NCBI GenBank assembly: GCA_031278515.1
Contig: JAITKI010000033.1
Location: 1 to 39,596, forward strand
Direction of reading: 5' to 3'
From: Oscillospiraceae bacterium
GTDB taxonomy: Bacteria > Bacillota > Clostridia > Oscillospirales > Oscillospiraceae
DNA: 39,596 bases
Shown here one piece after another: positions 38,501 through 39,596 of the stretch. Both the position numbers and the translations under genes were made by a program. The number at the start of each line of letters is the position of its first letter. Position 1 is the stretch's first letter. Under the pieces are notes generated by a model, which saw nothing but the letters and a program-made list of their open reading frames with translations, made no database searches and had not been told where the DNA came from.

Positions 38501-39596
38501 AAACGCGCGGAGTATCCGCAATCGGCTCCTGGAAAAGTATGGGCTGGCTTACGGGGATTTACCGGTGTTTGACGCGAGCGAAGTTGAAAGCGACCTGCGG
38601 CGGTCAAACGGCAATTTGTCCGAATTCTATGCGCATAGCAATAAAATGAGATTGATGTACGCGCTCGACAAGGGCCTTGCCCAACCGATATACAAGGCAA
38701 AAGATTACGGCGTGGCTGTTCCCGTGGAGTTCTTTCCCGCGTTGGTTGAAGCGGTCGGAGAGGCGCGTATAACAGAGGCGGCGTCCGGTTCTTCCGATTT
38801 GACGCGGGCGCTTGCGCCTGTTATTACGGAGACGGTAAACGCGTTGTCGCGGGATGAGTACGGCGCGGAGTTGTTCAAAAAAGAAATACCGTTCAGTCAA
38901 TTAGACCATGTTGTGGACGGTCTTGCTAAATACATCCGCAATGGTTCGGAGCGGGAGCTTGATGTCTACGCGACTCGCGACGCCGTTGACGCCGCGATGA
39001 AGGACGACGGCGGGTATACCCGGTGGCTTGACGGGCTGTTCGACGGCATTGTTGAAAAGCGCGGCATACGCAACAGCAAGGACTTCTTTACCAACTCCGG
39101 TAACAGGCGCGGTTTTGAGGCGCTGTACGACGAGATAACGCTTGACAACATTTTGAAGGCGATGCGGAAAGAAATGCCCAAGGGGGGCGGCTCTTGGCTC
39201 GGGACAAACGGCGTTCGCGCCTCGGCGTCGCGCGAGTTTAAGAGCGTCGATGAGATACGCGGCGCTGCGGGACAGCTTAGGCGGTTAAGCGAAGCGGAAT
39301 ACAGCGCGGCGAAGGACGCGGTCGATGGGCGTATAATGGGCGTAATAAATGAGATGGTCGGCGAAAGCGAAAGTTTCAGCGCGACGGACGCCGCCGCCGA
39401 AGTTCTTACCGGCGCTGTCGCCCGGAGCGTTGAACCCGGCGCGATATATAACTATGTGAGGCGCGAGTGGGGCGAGAGCTTTACGCCGGAGCTTGCGCGG
39501 GAGTTGTCCGAAGCGGCAAAAGAGGCGCGGGAGCTTCCGACCGAGTACTTTGAGGCGAAGCCGAGGCGCATAGTGGGCTTTGACGAGGTTCGCGCG
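32589..39596 (+). CDS. giant multi-module (polyvalent-type) protein, partial; at least 2336 codons with a zincin HExxH module
   Basis: My manual translation found no stop in the frame with codon starts at multiples of 3, from the TAA at 32562-32564 to the window end. SD AAGGAGG (32573-32579) lies 9 nt before GTG 32589. It is missing from the ORF track because there is no stop in the window. HELFH is at 35772-35786. Several conserved-looking modules are separated by low-complexity linkers. See the finding on the frame anomaly at 35290-35520. Confidence 0.75.
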   Translation, partial: MATAIDRIISLRARKASSVGATSEAGAAWETSDGRVISAPTRTLARIKALRESGTARSADEILREVREEQEAERTEAARAAVEAAVKARNASPLESWLPRASTDEVARYHEQKQEQIDKLQFAEAGLPFPTGADAVRDYADSEWSVLRERGAARKYNANRAEYDKLAALPATPANAAKMALLNADMEGYIRYGDNKNEYTERKSAYDKGLDDTRARLAELKDTDWQEYERLLRETKEKTPRYNAEKQSLDEFSSSRQKSERAAYAEALKIEDEQYRLRADSGSKAYKSTVKLGQAEAERIAGFTADETTAATGDKSSPLTYTQQRIVNRIVHGASAAKPVSYEPGYVDVTGKDYYGKYDYLSDNEKTDFYYYLGKGDTDGAFRYLGMLGTTLEARETGKYKEDLSAAAKEDPAGGAFLQFMANFATPGDLLAMGGEALANAVRGDAKYEPARPSSSAYRASQSVSALGQGVEARIREGLDDTKPVFLGMTMADLAGQGYQLAQSIAQSGANMALFGPASIYVMGAQAAGNAAYNAAERGLAPDQAFLLGLGSGVVEAVTEKVSVDRFFKLLEQGKKLSAKQMLLQIAQQMVAEGSEEVVAEELNNLVDIFVAGDASEYARYKAGLVESGMSESEAEKSAMLQYFVKNAAVAGIGGAVSGGLFGGAGAVGNNARVAAYERAVQGAQAAQGGIVPQGGTVPQGRENSLPAAIQGDTARGNAARPDVAGLIQSGPNLSRQEAAAAALASGDTDVNAIFPAARNAGYNQGEREGAAADGVTADGDVSNLSSPWDLTAADVTELFDAYEVAREDRPDAQRAADIINKVQLGEQLGEAEVMLLVEYPEFASIAAEYESSELGGRGLADSAARQGDAGQVVTARDSTGQVNTQSAAQAGQAQGASVSGVIGLNGEVSGNGEQGGAQQRGEILDRGYGRVSDESDGVAVENVSGEQGQDYPAEVRRAADNRRNLLPNQGALSPRVSPESLGITGGFGYGSLLELPKSVWDEGLSASANEVRRTTGGNVRFVLGKIQVRGAGSTRGVLLANGDMVVQADDLGATAEQVTRHELFHALNKASGSVLVEAIRAEINRMFPDDSSLRGAIETYYKHYMKALAGHGLAREQIESYILEEIFADAYAGINAFGVDTSRWSEISARYANAAADRAASARSQTEAATARTTGPPDVTRFSVNPDFAQEIDEWDGRANTTFTVGSTSDALKSIGVADRGIVWHGQKIAEILRKHDGMSRDIIKQVPNMLERPVVVVKSRNSDSRIVIFGEVYDRKGSPVTAILELMPTSRGGELLDMNVVVSAYGKDSNAASFIRNSDLLYLDPDKNRTEAWLSAVGLQLPSVAFNKFGSVGSVSYIDGKVKIDGVPFTRNIPDSKAKSNRNSANNQSQSDSTTKVEDFTKDDITPEAIESNRDALQKYSIAFHGSPYSFDEFLLDHIGSGEGAQAHGWGLYFAADEKLAAKYKDVLSERRRNKFIVDGKQFTGVQLYDEFAVDSPEYIGSHALKDANGDVSGAVKFLRGVIADLERNEPVAPASVYRNATVEAANEAIAAISDGRVSYDSTPAPGALYTVDIPDEDVMLREDGTLWDQPDFIQDLLEEEFDEASYIDNATGRDVYLRLSDEYGKRGASEWLNERGIKGIVYGGRRDGKAYVVFDDKAIKILDKAAEVVSGGAEQRFSIGEAEDGTRFVEVDTDQHLFDGAAISDYPKIARRYIRARFRGIPLQVGTNGTARVSNRSAGEYAHSARPYKARAATELDNLLKVSKYSHSAPDESGRKFASDGWEYRAVKFRVDGVMFEGLINIAKSPNGALFYDMTNIEPSALNGQTKNSSSASLMAKSSVANNISNSGAKSNRNSAKNQSQSDSTIKVEDFTKFSLSEPIEATRDLIAVHNLSVGQLNESIRLGGFAMPSIAVTTSEMEHDRYGDVTVLFGRDTIDPKRSRNNRVYSGDAWTPSFPETGYKANSAVVRNARSIRNRLLEKYGLAYGDLPVFDASEVESDLRRSNGNLSEFYAHSNKMRLMYALDKGLAQPIYKAKDYGVAVPVEFFPALVEAVGEARITEAASGSSDLTRALAPVITETVNALSRDEYGAELFKKEIPFSQLDHVVDGLAKYIRNGSERELDVYATRDAVDAAMKDDGGYTRWLDGLFDGIVEKRGIRNSKDFFTNSGNRRGFEALYDEITLDNILKAMRKEMPKGGGSWLGTNGVRASASREFKSVDEIRGAAGQLRRLSEAEYSAAKDAVDGRIMGVINEMVGESESFSATDAAAEVLTGAVARSVEPGAIYNYVRREWGESFTPELARELSEAAKEARELPTEYFEAKPRRIVGFDEVRA
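35323..35520 (+). CDS. 65-aa ORF in an alternative frame inside the giant ORF
   Basis: GGGGAGG (35307-35313) lies 9 nt before ATG 35323. It reads MANRAERNSEARYLIEDTDGFLMSLTESQLKMYRENKGKTILPRSDERQIIDEIFYQIRGRYPQG and is bounded by TAA at 35302-35304 and 35518-35520. By hand count about 74% of its codons end in G/C, against about 37% for the giant-ORF frame over the same stretch. Confidence 0.45.
   Translation: MANRAERNSEARYLIEDTDGFLMSLTESQLKMYRENKGKTILPRSDERQIIDEIFYQIRGRYPQG
36726..36800 (+). repeat. 75-bp dispersed direct repeat, copy 1 (linker inside the giant ORF)
   Basis: GCAAAAAGCAATAGGAATTCCGCAAATAATCAAAGTCAGTCGGATAGTACAACAAAAGTTGAAGATTTTACAAAA is 73/75 identical to 38142-38216. It encodes AKSNRNSANNQSQSDSTTKVEDFTK. 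Confidence 0.9.
38142..38216 (+). repeat. 75-bp dispersed direct repeat, copy 2
   Basis: Same sequence as 36726-36800 with 2 substitutions. It encodes AKSNRNSAKNQSQSDSTIKVEDFTK. Both copies are AT-rich compared with the surrounding ORF. Confidence 0.9.

Noticed and set aside
32444-38900. Many minus-strand ORFs of 60-274 aa (e.g. 33969-34514, 35505-36329, 36621-37103, 37269-37769, 37627-38193)
   Set aside because: All are antisense to the 7-kb open plus-strand frame, which has consistent high GC3 and recognisable modules. Their products are Arg/Leu/Pro-rich.
1-39596. CRISPR arrays, rRNA genes, integrase/att sites next to tRNA-Pro
   Set aside because: No regularly spaced short direct repeats, no rRNA-like sequence, and no recombinase ORF adjacent to the tRNA were found on either strand.

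Overview
High-GC chromosomal segment from an endospore-forming Firmicute, probably Clostridia (spoIIID is present). Positions 1-20100 are mostly minus-strand housekeeping genes: a metallophosphoesterase, an opine-dehydrogenase-like gene paired with a B12-domain/TIM-barrel-like gene, mutL, an alanine-racemase-like gene, a MerR regulator, spoIIID, a PocR-AraC regulator, a rodA/ftsW-family - dGTPase-like - dnaG - rpoD block, tRNA-Pro(UGG), dCMP deaminase, rpmB, argG, an Fe-alcohol dehydrogenase and a small GNAT. Three accessory blocks follow. (1) 20106-25032: an SF2 (ResIII/DEAD-like) helicase transcribed divergently from a tightly coupled three-gene operon, made of an unassignable 263-aa protein plus two divergent BrxD/DUF2791-like P-loop ATPases. 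This is my best candidate for an uncharacterised defence-like system. (2) 25096-28680: a 1194-aa sensor kinase with two complete kinase cores and two receiver domains. (3) 28960-39596: an AT-richer IS4-superfamily (IS1634-like) insertion sequence abutting phage/ICE-like DNA. That DNA carries a repeat-containing 573-aa ORF and a giant ORF (32589 to the window end, at least 2336 codons) that is absent from the supplied ORF track because it has no stop in the window. The giant ORF looks like a polyvalent multi-module protein with a zincin HExxH motif, and it contains a short stretch where the coding signal flips to another frame that holds a self-contained 65-aa ORF. A hairpin-plus-promoter cassette (CGTTTGT...ACAAACG stem, then about 23 nt, then -35/-10) recurs four times upstream of unrelated genes. 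One copy lies in the helicase/operon control region and one has been hit by the IS. No CRISPR array or rRNA was seen. All family assignments come from motif recognition by eye; no searches were run.
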